DNA of 64,000 nucleotides. It comes from a candidate division WWE3 bacterium. GTDB lineage: Bacteria; Patescibacteriota; WWE3; UBA101185; UBA10185. Positions within the stretch are counted from its first letter, which is position 1. The number at the start of each line of letters is the position of its first letter. The stretch lies in NCBI GenBank assembly GCA_003599255.1, contig QZJF01000017.1:35940-99939 (forward strand), written 5' to 3'. Positions 27,169-37,410 of the stretch are shown piece by piece. Below the pieces are notes generated by a model. The model saw nothing but the letters and a program-made list of their open reading frames with translations. It had not been told where the DNA came from and did no database searches. A program made the translations under genes and the position numbers.

Positions 27169-28977
27169 ATGAAAGGTAATATTGTCATACACAACCTGCT
27201 CAAGTCTTTTCTACTGCTGTCGCTTTTTTTTACAGCTTCATCCTTTCTCATTTCTAAAGCGGACGACCCCTGCAAAAACATTCAGGATCTTGATGACCGC
27301 GCTGCTTGTTACGAAAAAGAAATTGAAGAAAGAGAGGAAGAGTATCAATCCACGTCAAAAAAACTGTCTGAGGTCAGATCAAAGAAAAACGACATCTCCA
27401 GCAAAATAAATGAACTTGCGGGGCAATTGAACGTAACCCAGGCAGAGTTGAATGAAGTCGATAGTGATATTAAAAGCTTGCAGGCGGTTCTTGAGGAAAT
27501 TAACAAAAATCTTACCGACAGAAAGGACAAACTGTCAGAAAAGATTGCCCTTAGAAATCACGTTATAAGGAATTATTCAAAAAGAACCTTAATGAACGAC
27601 CTCGAACTTTTCTTTGGGGCAGGTATGGGAGATACAAAACTATCAGGATTTCAGCTATCGTATATGACCTACATGTTTAATAAGTCGGTGAGTGATGAAG
27701 CAATAAAATTGATTAAGGCACTAAATGCGGAAATTGGGAATTTTGAAAAAGATAAGGCGGAAGCTGAAAAATTAAAGGGGGAATTGGAGACAGAAAAGAA
27801 TAATCTTGTGGCACTAAAGAACGATCTTGATAACAGAAAAGCTAATGCACAGGGAGAATACAGTGAACTTGACGAAAAAGAAACCGGGTATGAAAGAGAC
27901 CTGGAGAACATTGAGGAAGAAATTGAAGATCTTTCCGAAAAACAACAGGCAATATTGAAAGCAAAGTATGGGGACGAAAACGGAACCGTAGGTGATTATG
28001 CGTCTCCCACGGCAAAAACACCAGACCCTCCCTTTAAACCAGCTTTTGCAGCATTCAGTTATGGGGCGTACACGCACTACAACGGAATGAGCCAATACGG
28101 TGCAAAAGGACGCGCCGAAGACGGTGACGATTACAAGGAGATTTTGGAATTTTATTACAAAACCGGAGTCGAAGAAAAAGACGGCTTTCCCGATTCAATA
28201 GAGGTACAAGGTCACGGAAAGATGGATTTCCAGAAATATCTATACGGTATAGCTGAAATGCCCGGCGACTGGCCCATGGATGCTCTAAAGGCGCAAGCAA
28301 TAGCTGCAAGAACTTATGCGTATAGATCAAACAAACCTATATGCACGACTCAATCCTGTCAGGTTTTCCTAAAGAGCAAATCGGATAACCCGCCCTCAAG
28401 ATGGAAACAGGCAGTTGATGATACTGAAGATAAAATACTTAAAGATCCCAAAACGTCCCAATACTCATCCACGACCGGAGGTTATATAAACAACGTAGGA
28501 TGGGATGCGGACGGAAAATGGCCGGGAGACGCATACGAAAAGAAAGCCGGATCTCCCTGGTTCTACAAAGCCTGGTACACAAAAAGCTACAACACCTCTG
28601 AAAGCTGCGGACATCCTCATCCATGGCTCACTGAAAAAGAGATGGCGGACATACTTAATGCCTGGGTCGTATGGAGAAAAGGATCTAACAGTGACAAGGA
28701 CAGAATTTCTCCTGTTACCACAAGCTGCTGGGGCGGCGATCCCTATTCTGTAGACAAAATGGCGGATAAGGCAGCAGAATTCGGTGAGAAATACACATCG
28801 GTCAGCAGCGTAGATGTGGACATAAGCAACGGCGGTTATACTTCCAAAGTCTACTTCCAGACAAATAGGGGAAGCGTCGCCATTGACGGAGATACTTTTA
28901 AAACAGTCTACAATCTAAGAGCCCCTGCATATATTTCAATTAAAAGCAGACTCTTTGATCTGGAAAGAAGAAACTAA
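27169..28977 (+). CDS. Coiled-coil + SpoIID/LytB-domain peptidoglycan hydrolase
   Basis: Signal peptide, long heptad coiled coil, HYNGMSQYGA, YLYGIAEMP..WPMDALKAQAIAARTYA, ICTTQSCQV. Confidence 0.88.
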   Translation: MKGNIVIHNLLKSFLLLSLFFTASSFLISKADDPCKNIQDLDDRAACYEKEIEEREEEYQSTSKKLSEVRSKKNDISSKINELAGQLNVTQAELNEVDSDIKSLQAVLEEINKNLTDRKDKLSEKIALRNHVIRNYSKRTLMNDLELFFGAGMGDTKLSGFQLSYMTYMFNKSVSDEAIKLIKALNAEIGNFEKDKAEAEKLKGELETEKNNLVALKNDLDNRKANAQGEYSELDEKETGYERDLENIEEEIEDLSEKQQAILKAKYGDENGTVGDYASPTAKTPDPPFKPAFAAFSYGAYTHYNGMSQYGAKGRAEDGDDYKEILEFYYKTGVEEKDGFPDSIEVQGHGKMDFQKYLYGIAEMPGDWPMDALKAQAIAARTYAYRSNKPICTTQSCQVFLKSKSDNPPSRWKQAVDDTEDKILKDPKTSQYSSTTGGYINNVGWDADGKWPGDAYEKKAGSPWFYKAWYTKSYNTSESCGHPHPWLTEKEMADILNAWVVWRKGSNSDKDRISPVTTSCWGGDPYSVDKMADKAAEFGEKYTSVSSVDVDISNGGYTSKVYFQTNRGSVAIDGDTFKTVYNLRAPAYISIKSRLFDLERRN

Positions 28978-29014
28978 CTTTCAATAACTCTTATCTGCCT
29001 GTAAAATTCCAAGT

Positions 29015-30463
29015 ATGGCAAAAAGTACAAAGTGGATTAACGTATTGCTCGTAATCATGGGCACATTGATGATGTTCAGCACTCCGTCTGATCCTGACTT
29101 CGGGTGGCACTATAAATATGGGGAACATTTTTTTTCTACAGGACAGCTGCTTAAGGAAAATATTTTTTCGTACACATATACCGATTATATGTGGGTCAAT
29201 TCTTACTGGCTTTTTGAATTGATTTTATTTTTTACGCACAGTTATTTTGGACACATAGTTCCTACGCTAATATTGGGTTTTGCGGCCAGTGTTTTTTGTC
29301 TAGCGATTATCAGAAAACTCGCCAAAAACGAGATTGCAGTATATCTAAGTTTTGTGTTGTTGGCGGGAATACTCAGCTCCTACAACATAACGGTCAGACC
29401 CCACTATTATAGTTCCCTGTTCATGTTATTTTTGCTTTATTCCCTTATCTTTGTCCCAAAACTTAAAATGTATCTTCCATTAATATTTTTATTTTGGGTT
29501 AACCTGCACGCGGAATTTGTGATAGGGCTTTTTGTCCTGGGAACGTACACATTTTTCGAAGCGATCCGGATGTATAGACAAAAGAGTCCGGTAAAGGACC
29601 TGGCAAGTCTGTTCGGGATACCTGCTCTTTGTGTGGCTGTAACACTTATAAACCCGAATGGGATTAATCTGCATATTACATTATTTAAAGAACTTACACT
29701 TCCGGTAAAAAGTTATGTTCAGGAGTGGTCGCATTACGATATTGAAAAATTCGAACGGTACATTACATATATTTTCATTTTGACTGTAGCCTTGGTAGGG
29801 GGATTCTACATGCGAAAAAAAGCCGGTCTATGGTACTTTCTGCTGGCAATATTTTTTGCACTGTTCTCCATAAAAGCAGTGTATATGATCAGAGTTATGT
29901 TTGTTGTGACTTTTTACGGATTTCTTCTTGGAACCGACAAATTTTTTACGGACCTTATGAACTTCCTAAATGACACCAACAAAGCAATCATAAGAAGATT
30001 CATTACTTATACTTATTACGGAGCGTTTCTTGTAGTCCTAGTGAACAGTCTTTGGAAAATAATGCTGGCTACTGACACAAGGTACTGGTCAATTAATCAC
30101 AAATATCCGTACGACGCCATTTCTTTTGTTAAGCAGAATCCAATTAAAGGCCGAATGCTAAACGCATACAACTGGGGGGGCTATCTGATTTGGCAACTAC
30201 CTGAATATCAGACCTTTATTGACGGAAGAATGACTTCATGGAGAGAAACGGATAATTATTTTATGAGCGACTATTACAGAATCCACGAGCCGAAAATTTT
30301 AAATAAATATGTTACTCAATATGGAATAACGTGGGTGATAGATTACCCCACCTCAAAGCTGGCAAAATATTTGAAACAACAGCCTGGGGAATGGGAAGAA
30401 TATTACAAGGACGAAAACAGTGTTATCTATGTAAAAAAAGACAGCAACTCAGAAACTATTTGA
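29015..30463 (+). CDS. Polytopic membrane protein, probable GT-C fold
   Basis: DPDFGWH after TM1, FSYT...W, RP, WVNLH, NPNG, QEW, and C-terminal YNWGGYLIW...FIDGR. Confidence 0.7.
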   Translation: MAKSTKWINVLLVIMGTLMMFSTPSDPDFGWHYKYGEHFFSTGQLLKENIFSYTYTDYMWVNSYWLFELILFFTHSYFGHIVPTLILGFAASVFCLAIIRKLAKNEIAVYLSFVLLAGILSSYNITVRPHYYSSLFMLFLLYSLIFVPKLKMYLPLIFLFWVNLHAEFVIGLFVLGTYTFFEAIRMYRQKSPVKDLASLFGIPALCVAVTLINPNGINLHITLFKELTLPVKSYVQEWSHYDIEKFERYITYIFILTVALVGGFYMRKKAGLWYFLLAIFFALFSIKAVYMIRVMFVVTFYGFLLGTDKFFTDLMNFLNDTNKAIIRRFITYTYYGAFLVVLVNSLWKIMLATDTRYWSINHKYPYDAISFVKQNPIKGRMLNAYNWGGYLIWQLPEYQTFIDGRMTSWRETDNYFMSDYYRIHEPKILNKYVTQYGITWVIDYPTSKLAKYLKQQPGEWEEYYKDENSVIYVKKDSNSETI

Positions 30464-32135
30464 ATACATAAACTTCATACCGGGCATCTTTAAATATTTG
30501 TGTCGTTTGTTCCGCGTAATGCCTGTAAAAAAATTCCACAAAATATTTGCAACTACTGAACTCCTCTAGATTTTCTACGGACACACGTTCGATGACCACG
30601 GTCTTTATACCTAAGCTTCTTATTTTTTCCATAGTTTCAACATACAGTTGTTCGGGATTTTCCAGATCTCTATAATCAACCCCACATGTGATAGATCGCA
30701 GATTTTCCGCCAAATAGGAATTGGCTTTGGGTCCTGCGGCGGATTGATTTATCGCTCCGTCCAAAAGTTTTTTCCCTGAATATGAAATAAACATGTTCCT
30801 CTCAAAATGCCTGATTGAGACAGGCAATACTAAAATCGCCTCGCCCGGACTCTGTCTTATGACGGAAAGCATCTCTACGGGAATTTCTGTTTTATAAGGA
30901 ATTTTAACGTAGAAAAAAGTTGAAATAACTGTTAAAACCACAAACAAATAAACGTTATTTTTATTCAGAAAAGAGGGTAGCAACAAAACAAGCAATGAAA
31001 TTAATAATTGGAGAACTATGGTAAATCTGACACCTTCATAATATCCGGGCAACTGCAACAGGGCCGCGCTCAGCAGGATGTAAGCCGTCGTGAAACCCAA
31101 CAACGTAAATTGTACGGGTTTTTTACCGGAAAAAAAGAGAAAATATAGCCAAAACAAAAGGGCTGGAACCCCCAAAAATATTACTTTTTCGATGTGCGGG
31201 GGAGAATTATTAAATGAGGTCAGCCATCCGGACAGAAATGAATTCGGTACGAGAAAATCGATCAAGCGGACATCAAAAGTGAAGTTTTTGAAAATGATTA
31301 AATCACCGGTGAAGAGTCCGAACACAAATCCTCCGAACATAAACAGAAATAGAACCATAAATCCTGAAAAAATAATAAAGAATACCCCAAAAGTACCGGT
31401 TAGTTGTCCAATTATTTTATTGAATGTTTTTATAAAGGTATTTTTTGTGGTCAGCAAAAAAAATGCTGCGATAGCGACGGCTATGTAAGCAAGTATTATT
31501 AGATACTGAAGTGACCCAAATGCTATTGCTAAGATCCCTGTAAAAAGTCGGGCGTAGTCCTTGTAATCAAAAGGGATGTCATTCCTTAATTTTCTTTCGA
31601 AAACCGCAATACTGTAAATAAGAACAGGAAATCCACCTATAAAAGCCAGGTTTAAATGTCCGAGAATTCTGGCAAGAAAATAAGGAGATAAGGCAAACAA
31701 AAAAGCGCTAAGAACCGGTCTTCCACCTGCAAGATCGTCGATGTTGTAGAGTTTGCCGATCTTGTTAAAAAAAACCAGAGAAAGAAAAATGTTTGTCATG
31801 AATATTAGAAATATGACCAAATTAAATGCAACCGTGTGCTCAAGAAATATACTTAACAGGGCGCCTGTTAATATTGCAAACAAGCCATCGGTGTTTAATC
31901 TGAAATTTATCCCGAGGGGATATCGCATAAAGTCTGTACCTGCAAAGGGATCTGAGAATGTCAAAATGTTTCTTTTTACAATATCGAAAAAAGAAATAAA
32001 TATGAAAGAATCCGGCTCACCGGATATTATTTCCCGTTGAATATTGATTGTGAAAATTCCTGAGAGTGAAATTGCTAAAACTAAGGCGATCAAAAAATAC
32101 AAAAGATTTATTTTTCCGAAAGTTAACTTTTCCAT
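30456..32135 (-). CDS. Polytopic membrane protein, YfhO/GT-C-like
   Basis: Many TM helices, FALSPYFLARILGHLNL; paralogue of 33305..34972. Confidence 0.7.
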   Translation of the reverse strand: MEKLTFGKINLLYFLIALVLAISLSGIFTINIQREIISGEPDSFIFISFFDIVKRNILTFSDPFAGTDFMRYPLGINFRLNTDGLFAILTGALLSIFLEHTVAFNLVIFLIFMTNIFLSLVFFNKIGKLYNIDDLAGGRPVLSAFLFALSPYFLARILGHLNLAFIGGFPVLIYSIAVFERKLRNDIPFDYKDYARLFTGILAIAFGSLQYLIILAYIAVAIAAFFLLTTKNTFIKTFNKIIGQLTGTFGVFFIIFSGFMVLFLFMFGGFVFGLFTGDLIIFKNFTFDVRLIDFLVPNSFLSGWLTSFNNSPPHIEKVIFLGVPALLFWLYFLFFSGKKPVQFTLLGFTTAYILLSAALLQLPGYYEGVRFTIVLQLLISLLVLLLPSFLNKNNVYLFVVLTVISTFFYVKIPYKTEIPVEMLSVIRQSPGEAILVLPVSIRHFERNMFISYSGKKLLDGAINQSAAGPKANSYLAENLRSITCGVDYRDLENPEQLYVETMEKIRSLGIKTVVIERVSVENLEEFSSCKYFVEFFYRHYAEQTTQIFKDARYEVYVFK

Positions 32136-33308
32136 TTAGATAAAACCTTCCCGTGCGGATTTATTGATTTTGGAACTCAATAGCAAAAAGTACGAGGCGG
32201 CTGCCAATAATAATAGCGGATTCAGCCCCACCGTTTTCCCCCAAAAAATTCCTGTTGTTACATAAATCAATACCAACGCAAAAAGATTTGCTGATTCCTT
32301 TCTTCTTTTGAAGAGATACAACATCGGGAGAAGGGTGATGCTAAGATCCTGAATTTGTATATGGGGTGACAAAAATAGAAACATATATATTGATGCCATC
32401 CAAAGATTCAGGGTGTCTGCTTTATTCCTTAGTAGATAAAGCACACCAAGGAAAGCCAAATACAATGGTATCTTTATATAAAAACCGACACCTTCCCCGA
32501 AAAATTTCCCAGTTAAACTCTCCGAAGAAAAAATGTGTCCACTGAATGTTCCGTAAGCTTCCGATTCCGTCGTCATTAAAAATTCCGGGTAACCCAGCAG
32601 TGCCCTCCCTGAAATCATGAAGTTCATCAACATCAATAGAAGCAAAGAAGGAACGAGTCCCTTTAAAAATTTACGTATTGCGGAAATATCCAAAGTCGTC
32701 ATAAATAAAGGGAGCAGTAATAGATAATTGAATTTTAGCAACAACAGAGAAGAGAACATTCCGGCATAGAAATATCTCTTACTATGTACGCAATATAAAA
32801 TACCGGAAATTATGAGCAGAAGAACAATACTAAACTGGCCCAACGAAAGTGTGAGAAATACCGGGGCATATCCCAGAGACATTATAAGGAATGCCCAATA
32901 ATCTCGGGAAAACACTCGAAGAAAAATACCTGCAAGGATCCCCAACACCACGACGCTTATGAGAACAAATAATAAAAACCCGGTTTTTACGTCCAACAGA
33001 AGAAACGGAAAATATACTAATGCACCGAATGGTAAATTCCTGAAAGGAAGAAGGAACTTCAAAGCAGAGTTTTCAAACACCTCCTTTTGATAATATTCCT
33101 GAACAGATAAGTCATATAATTCATTGCCACGACCATCCGCGATAATTTTGGCCCCCATGAGCTGCGGAATGAAATCCTGTATTAGGTACTGTTTTGACGA
33201 AAAACTCCATATCAAAATTGTTCCTCTCTGGAGTACAGCTAACACAACGAATATAATTAAAAACGTAAGCAATATAGCATTAACATTAAAGATTTTGCGG
33301 TCCATCAT
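32136..33308 (-). CDS. Glycosyltransferase family 87-like membrane protein
   Basis: QDF..Q..GA...ELYD, PFRNLPF, LGQFS, LLKF, SPH...D motifs. Confidence 0.75.
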   Translation of the reverse strand: MMDRKIFNVNAILLTFLIIFVVLAVLQRGTILIWSFSSKQYLIQDFIPQLMGAKIIADGRGNELYDLSVQEYYQKEVFENSALKFLLPFRNLPFGALVYFPFLLLDVKTGFLLFVLISVVVLGILAGIFLRVFSRDYWAFLIMSLGYAPVFLTLSLGQFSIVLLLIISGILYCVHSKRYFYAGMFSSLLLLKFNYLLLLPLFMTTLDISAIRKFLKGLVPSLLLLMLMNFMISGRALLGYPEFLMTTESEAYGTFSGHIFSSESLTGKFFGEGVGFYIKIPLYLAFLGVLYLLRNKADTLNLWMASIYMFLFLSPHIQIQDLSITLLPMLYLFKRRKESANLFALVLIYVTTGIFWGKTVGLNPLLLLAAASYFLLLSSKINKSAREGFI

Positions 33309-34972
33309 CTTTTCTTGATTAAATATATATCGTATATCTGTGTGCTTTCCACAAGTTCCAATTCACTGATGATTGCCTCCAGGTTCTGCCTGGCATACAC
33401 ACACTCAGACATGTTTATGTTGGGGTATCTGTCTTTAATAACAACCACAACACGGGTGTCGTTGAGTTCCATATATTCCCAAAAGACCTCCGGATCCGAT
33501 GCAGGATCCTTGTAAATATCCCTTATATATATTTCTTCGAAAACACAGGTAAATCTGGCTATGGGAGAGACGGCAAGTTTTTTGTAAAAATCCGTTGTAT
33601 TTGCCATATGATGCATATGTCCGTCATACAGACTTTTGGAAGTATACAAAAGAATATAATTCCTGAACGCATCTCTGGTAGTAACCGGTATTACCAATAC
33701 GGTACTGCCCGGAAGTTCTTGCATCGTCTCCCCAAGTCGGTAAGGTGTTTCCGTTGAATAAACCGTAAAAGTTAACCTTTCCAGGAGGATTAATGACAAA
33801 ATTAAAAATCCCAAAGTCTTTTTCTTGAACAAGTCTGACAATAGCAGCATAACCGCAAATAGTAAGGTGGCCAATACAACAGAGCGGGGAGGCTCCGTGT
33901 ACAAAGGGATTTTGAGAACATTTGTACCTGCCGCAGAAAATAAAACACAAAAGATAGTTATTAATATTCTCAAGTTCCGATTTTTAATCCGAACAAACAA
34001 AATAAAGAAAATAACCAGCTCGATTACTCCTATGGAAGCTATGTGCTCTATACCGATTGTAGATGGGTTTAGATTGCGCCAAAATTTCCCGAGGTATCCG
34101 TTTGGGAGAAATAAATCGTACACAGAACCCGTATAAGGAAAGGTAGGCAACGAAACATTTTCCTCAAAAAAAGTGACAACGTATCCCTTAAAAAATGCCG
34201 TAAAAACAACAGTAAACATCAGAAATGACAACAATAGTCCAACCACATTAGAGAAAAGGAAATATTTTACTGCAGAAAAAATTCTTTCAACCGATATCCG
34301 GTAGATAACAACGTAAATCGTAGAAAAGATGACCGAAACCCAAAGCAATAGAATCAAGTACTGTATGCTCCCTAACGAGACCAGCATAAGACCTGTAAAG
34401 AACTTGGCGTAATCCCACGCATTAGTTTTTTCTTCGGATGTAATCTTTGAAATCAAAGCATAAGACCAATAAACCAAAGCAGGAAAACCTCCTACAAAGG
34501 CCAAGCTGGGGTGGCCGTTTAATCTTGCTACGACAAATGGAGATAGGGCAAATGCTATTCCCGCGGAGATAACTGCCAAAAAAGTTTCCGGGGTTTCTGA
34601 ATCATCTTTGATGGCAGTGCGAATTTTTTCGAAGAAAATAAACGACAGAAGTAAGTTCAGAAAGACGATAGCCAAAATTACCAGGTTGTAGCTCACAATG
34701 ATGGGGAAAAACATGCTCAAAACTGCCCCCAAAAGAATGGCAAAGGCGCCGTCATTTGTACGTGTAAAATCGAATCCATAAGGAAAGTGCAGCCTTGTAT
34801 TGCCCGTAAAAAAATATTTTCCTTCCTGAATGTTGTCTCCTGCCATATCCATATGAAGCGCAAATTGGGCTGAATCTCCTCCGTCTCCCAAGAGTTCAGT
34901 ATTTATATCAACAAAGGGCAATTTTGTAATAAGCATGGCGAGTATTAAACTGATTAATATCTTCTTAATCAT
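33305..34972 (-). CDS. Polytopic membrane protein, YfhO/GT-C-like
   Basis: GDGGD after TM1, FPYG, FALSPFVVARLNGH. Start set at 34972 from the TGATG overlap with the upstream stop. Confidence 0.7.
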   Translation of the reverse strand: MIKKILISLILAMLITKLPFVDINTELLGDGGDSAQFALHMDMAGDNIQEGKYFFTGNTRLHFPYGFDFTRTNDGAFAILLGAVLSMFFPIIVSYNLVILAIVFLNLLLSFIFFEKIRTAIKDDSETPETFLAVISAGIAFALSPFVVARLNGHPSLAFVGGFPALVYWSYALISKITSEEKTNAWDYAKFFTGLMLVSLGSIQYLILLLWVSVIFSTIYVVIYRISVERIFSAVKYFLFSNVVGLLLSFLMFTVVFTAFFKGYVVTFFEENVSLPTFPYTGSVYDLFLPNGYLGKFWRNLNPSTIGIEHIASIGVIELVIFFILFVRIKNRNLRILITIFCVLFSAAGTNVLKIPLYTEPPRSVVLATLLFAVMLLLSDLFKKKTLGFLILSLILLERLTFTVYSTETPYRLGETMQELPGSTVLVIPVTTRDAFRNYILLYTSKSLYDGHMHHMANTTDFYKKLAVSPIARFTCVFEEIYIRDIYKDPASDPEVFWEYMELNDTRVVVVIKDRYPNINMSECVYARQNLEAIISELELVESTQIYDIYLIKKR

Positions 34973-36561
34973 CAATATATGTCTTTTAAGAAAATTTCTC
35001 TGTTCTCCGATGTTAGTATACAAACCGGGGCAATATTTACACCTTGCAACATTTCGTTTATTTCATGTCTTTCAAGATTTTCACCTAATTTGTACTTGGA
35101 TATACCTGTATAACCGTTTAATGTAGGTGTATTTAGGTCCATGCCGGCCCACATGGCATGAATATGTTCAGCGATATATAGTTCCTGTTCGGGGCTTGTT
35201 TCCAGATAAAAAACGCCACATTCATAGGTTTCCACAATATTCCCGACCTTATCCACATAGGTTAACGCCGTATCCTTGCTTACACTGGATTTAAAAAAAA
35301 CAAGTTGTTCTGCAATGAAAAAAACGATTAGAGAAAAATAAAATATTTTGAATAAAATGCTTCCTTGGTATTTTCTTACAAAATGGCTAAGCATAATCGC
35401 GAAGGCAGTGTATAGATAAAAATAAGCAATAACCCAAATCCTGGATACGTATCTGATTCCGTCGGCACCCGGAACAGTGTGATAAAAAAAGTACCAAAGC
35501 GAGTAGCCGTTTATCCGAAGTGAAATAAGCAATAACAGTAAGCCAACAATTGTAAAAGATTTTATCAGTCCGGAAAACTCCCGATTGTCCTTAATCCTGA
35601 ACAAATAAACAATACCGCCAACAACTGAACTAAACAGAAACAAACCGTTGAATAGGTACTGTTCCAAAGTGGGTTTTATTAATATTGGCAGGTGTTTTAG
35701 TAACGGATACCAAATATTCGTGATTGGAACGAGAAAGTATGAGTAAGGAGAGGCAAGATTATCTCTGATATTTGACCAGTCCCACAGATCTCTGTAACGA
35801 AAACTAGTAAATATATAGGGAGCCCAGAAAACACCAAATATTAGAACCCATATAAAGAGATGGACCGCTACTTTCTTCTTCCTCTCGGCTACAAATTTTA
35901 GAACCTTCCTGAAATCATCCTGCATGAAAACGGGAAGAGCCAAAATTAGAAATCCCAGACTCAATATTAAAAACCATCCAAGATAATAACCCGCAGCCGC
36001 TTGCATAAAGACAAGAAAAATGAAAGCGTTCATATCTTTAATGGCGGGTCGTCGCAGAAATCTATACAAAAAAATAAATGCAAGAGGCGTGAAGAATTGT
36101 GGCAGAAGCTGAGGGTGAGATAGCTGGATAACTCGGGATATTCCGAAAACATATACAAAAGATGTAACAGCTGCAACAGAAGGGTGCACTTTGATATGAC
36201 GCAACCAAATTATCATGGCAACATAGGTGAGAACACTAACTGATATTTCCCAAAGCTCAAAAGACGTTACCCAATCAAACATGGTTCTAAATATCCAATA
36301 GAGCGGCGCGGCCCCGAGCAGATTGTCCGAATAAGTTGTTACGAGTTTTGTCGGATAAAAAAAGGCGGGAGAATAAAATGAAGCATCATATGAAGTATCA
36401 AAGAAAGACTTATAGCCATGCTCAAGTACAAATGCGTTAAAGTAGGCATCACCTAGATTAGGTTGTAAATTGTTAAATCCCGAACTTATTGATGGATAGA
36501 AAAGATTAAATACACCGATAACACCAACTAAAACATATAAAACTACATTTCCAGCTCGCAT
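34972..36561 (-). CDS. Polytopic membrane protein, YfhO/GT-C-like
   Basis: GDAYFN, FFYP...YSDNLLG, HPQL, PGADGIRYVSR and PTLNGYTG motifs. Confidence 0.72.
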   Translation of the reverse strand: MRAGNVVLYVLVGVIGVFNLFYPSISSGFNNLQPNLGDAYFNAFVLEHGYKSFFDTSYDASFYSPAFFYPTKLVTTYSDNLLGAAPLYWIFRTMFDWVTSFELWEISVSVLTYVAMIIWLRHIKVHPSVAAVTSFVYVFGISRVIQLSHPQLLPQFFTPLAFIFLYRFLRRPAIKDMNAFIFLVFMQAAAGYYLGWFLILSLGFLILALPVFMQDDFRKVLKFVAERKKKVAVHLFIWVLIFGVFWAPYIFTSFRYRDLWDWSNIRDNLASPYSYFLVPITNIWYPLLKHLPILIKPTLEQYLFNGLFLFSSVVGGIVYLFRIKDNREFSGLIKSFTIVGLLLLLISLRINGYSLWYFFYHTVPGADGIRYVSRIWVIAYFYLYTAFAIMLSHFVRKYQGSILFKIFYFSLIVFFIAEQLVFFKSSVSKDTALTYVDKVGNIVETYECGVFYLETSPEQELYIAEHIHAMWAGMDLNTPTLNGYTGISKYKLGENLERHEINEMLQGVNIAPVCILTSENREIFLKDIY

Positions 36562-36617
36562 ATTATCCTATTGTACTTAGATTTTAATAAATAACCTAAA
36601 TGTTATAATAATGGCGT

Positions 36618-37184
36618 ATGTCAGCACTATCTTCATTTATTGAAAACCCAAGAAATACCATGTACGACGGTGAAGATAATGACGAGAAAATCCTGTATGT
36701 GATACGCAGAAGTAGAATAACAAATCTCTCCTGGATCCTACTGGCAGTAATAATGTTTTTTGTGCCCTTTTTGGCTAACCCGTTCCTGAGAAGCTTTAAA
36801 GTCGCAGGGGTCAGTCTTGTTTCAATAAAATTTGTGATCATATTTACCTTGTCTTGGTATCTGGCCACAATAGGTCTGGCATTCTTTAACTTCCTAAACT
36901 GGTACTTTAACGTCTATGTAATTACCAACAAGAAAATTATTGATTTCGACTTTTTCGGAATCACTTACAAAAACATTACCGAAACTACTCTGTATAACGT
37001 AGAAGATGTGACCTCCACCATAAGCGGCCCCTTCCATACCATTTTTAATATTGGCGATGTATTTATTCAAACAGCAGGTGAAAAGAGAGAGTTTGATTTT
37101 GTCCTGGTAGATAACCCCGGGAAAGTAAGGGATATTATTTCGGATTTAGTTGCGGAAAAAAGGGATCACCATGGAAATAACTAA
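36618..37184 (+). CDS. Membrane protein with bacterial PH domain
   Basis: EKILYVIRR, two TM helices, YVITNKKIID...VEDVT...IFNIGDVFIQTAG. Confidence 0.8.
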   Translation: MSALSSFIENPRNTMYDGEDNDEKILYVIRRSRITNLSWILLAVIMFFVPFLANPFLRSFKVAGVSLVSIKFVIIFTLSWYLATIGLAFFNFLNWYFNVYVITNKKIIDFDFFGITYKNITETTLYNVEDVTSTISGPFHTIFNIGDVFIQTAGEKREFDFVLVDNPGKVRDIISDLVAEKRDHHGNN

Positions 37185-37410
37185 TTCAATGTTAAACTTA
37201 TTCTCGCCTCAGGGATTTAGCAGCATCATGCAAATGTTGGCTATGTTCATACAGGTTGTCTATGTTCTGTTTAGTTTTATGTTGACCAGACAAGTTAAGA
37301 TTATGAACCGAAGTTTCTCGACCAGCATGGCTACTCCGTTTTCATTCTTTGCTAATCTCCACTTTTTGGTTGCCGTTGCTTTAGTTATAATGTCGCTGAT
37401 TATCTTATAA
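37171..37410 (+). CDS. Small two-TM protein (DUF5657-like)
   Basis: YVLFSFMLTRQVKIMN motif; coupled to both neighbours. Confidence 0.7.
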   Translation: MEITNSMLNLFSPQGFSSIMQMLAMFIQVVYVLFSFMLTRQVKIMNRSFSTSMATPFSFFANLHFLVAVALVIMSLIIL

